IMG/VR virus record: IMGVR_UViG_3300008807_000633
Span: 1-5,005 of that record
Length of the DNA stretch: 5,005 bases
Reading direction: 5' to 3' (one strand)
From: a virus
Below, piece after piece: positions 4,658 through 5,005 of this stretch. The first letter of the stretch is position 1; every line of letters starts with the position of its first letter. Both the position numbers and the translations under genes were made by a program. The notes beneath the pieces are model-generated. The model saw nothing but the letters and a program-made list of their open reading frames with translations. It ran no database searches and was not told the origin of the DNA.

Positions 4658-5005
4658 TCATGGATTTTCAAAGGGCGCAACAAGCTTGCGCTTACCACTT
4701 TTGGACAATGCACCCGTGGGTTGCGCAGACTGATCTGACGCTGCAGTACCATGGATCGATGCACCATTTTCCACAGACTGTTGAACCTTTTTTTCCTGTT
4801 CGGTGTCCTTTAAAATATCACCGGCTCCGACAGTATATTGACGGTCGATTTCCTCTAACAGATCAAGCTGATTTTCGGTGCCATCCTGGATGAATTCGCC
4901 ATTGACAGACACCGGCGCAAGCGCGCCGGTTTTGAGGCGCTTTTCAAGCGCGGGGCGAAGTGCCATATAAACCAGCGCCTTCAGTTCATCATCCAGAATG
5001 ATGTC
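4658..5005 (-). CDS. Hypothetical acidic protein, 3' part of the same 145-aa ORF (5' end lies beyond the window edge, at 189 in copy 1)
   Basis: The frame is open from the window edge down to TGA at 4660-4658. The track protein MALRPALEKRL...KSGKRKLVAPFENP is residues 44-145 of the joined ORF. There is no hydrophobic segment. The centre is acidic (EFIQDGTENQLDLLEEIDRQ, DILKDTEQEKK), followed by a low-complexity S/A/Q/G stretch and then a basic KSGKRK tail. Confidence 0.8.
   Translation of the reverse strand, partial: DIILDDELKALVYMALRPALEKRLKTGALAPVSVNGEFIQDGTENQLDLLEEIDRQYTVGAGDILKDTEQEKKVQQSVENGASIHGTAASDQSAQPTGALSKSGKRKLVAPFENP
4907..5005. repeat. Terminal redundancy, copy 2 (identical to 1-99)
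   Basis: Same as above. The repeat runs exactly to the window end. Confidence 0.95.

Larger units (their letters stand above)
1..4906 (-). other. One complete circular Microviridae (gokushovirus-like) genome unit of 4,906 nt, with the coding strand being the minus strand of the window
   Basis: Exact repeat 1-99 = 4907-5005 (offset 4906) closes the circle. The gene set is VP4-VP5-VP1-VP2-VP3 plus a small basic protein, all on one strand and tightly packed with overlapping stop/start codons, as in gokushoviruses. There is no external scaffold or spike gene of the phiX type. Confidence 0.9.

Noticed and set aside
438-4893. All plus-strand track ORFs (438-734, 879-1067, 988-1203, 1637-2044, 1725-1934, 2150-2443, 2717-2929, 3047-3373, 4304-4489, 4531-4893)
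   Set aside because: All are antisense shadows of well-supported minus-strand genes. They are Arg/Ser/Leu-rich with low-complexity composition. The two start codons I checked are non-ATG (438 is TTG, 4531 is GTG). I did not look for SD motifs upstream of these ORFs. Microviridae transcribe one strand only.

Overview
The window holds one complete, circularly permuted genome of a small ssDNA phage of the family Microviridae, with gokushovirus-type gene content. It is given as the reverse complement of the coding (virion-sense) strand. Bases 1-99 recur exactly at 4907-5005, so the real unit is a 4,906-nt circle, and the repeat is most likely an assembly overlap. Every convincing gene is on the minus strand. 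Reading that strand from a near-consensus sigma70 promoter (-35 at 245-240, -10 at 221-216), the order is as follows. (1) An unassigned 145-aa acidic ORF that crosses the circular junction (189->1, then 4906->4658). (2) A 12-bp stem-loop (4651-4615). (3) A 33-aa Arg/Lys-rich DNA-binding protein (4587-4486). (4) The VP4 HUH replication initiator (4486-3632). (5) A VP5-like protein (3635-3297). (6) The VP1 major capsid protein (3304/3319-1685). (7) The VP2 DNA pilot protein (1677-928). (8) The VP3 internal scaffold (923-531). (9) Three small GC hairpins and an intrinsic terminator (439-413). (10) A roughly 170-nt structured spacer that leads back to the promoter. Product calls rest on motifs I recognise in the translations, not on any database search. 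Four items deserve follow-up. The first is the promoter-proximal 145-aa ORF, which has no counterpart I recognise in microviruses. The second is a stem-loop whose loop reads ACTTGAT, the core of the phiX174 origin nick site. The third is a pair of identical GCCG-CTTG-CGGC hairpins flanking CAACTTATAG. The fourth is the unusually long (about 340 nt) hairpin-dense non-coding region, a candidate complementary-strand origin. I found no tRNA, rRNA, CRISPR array, integrase or dif-like site.
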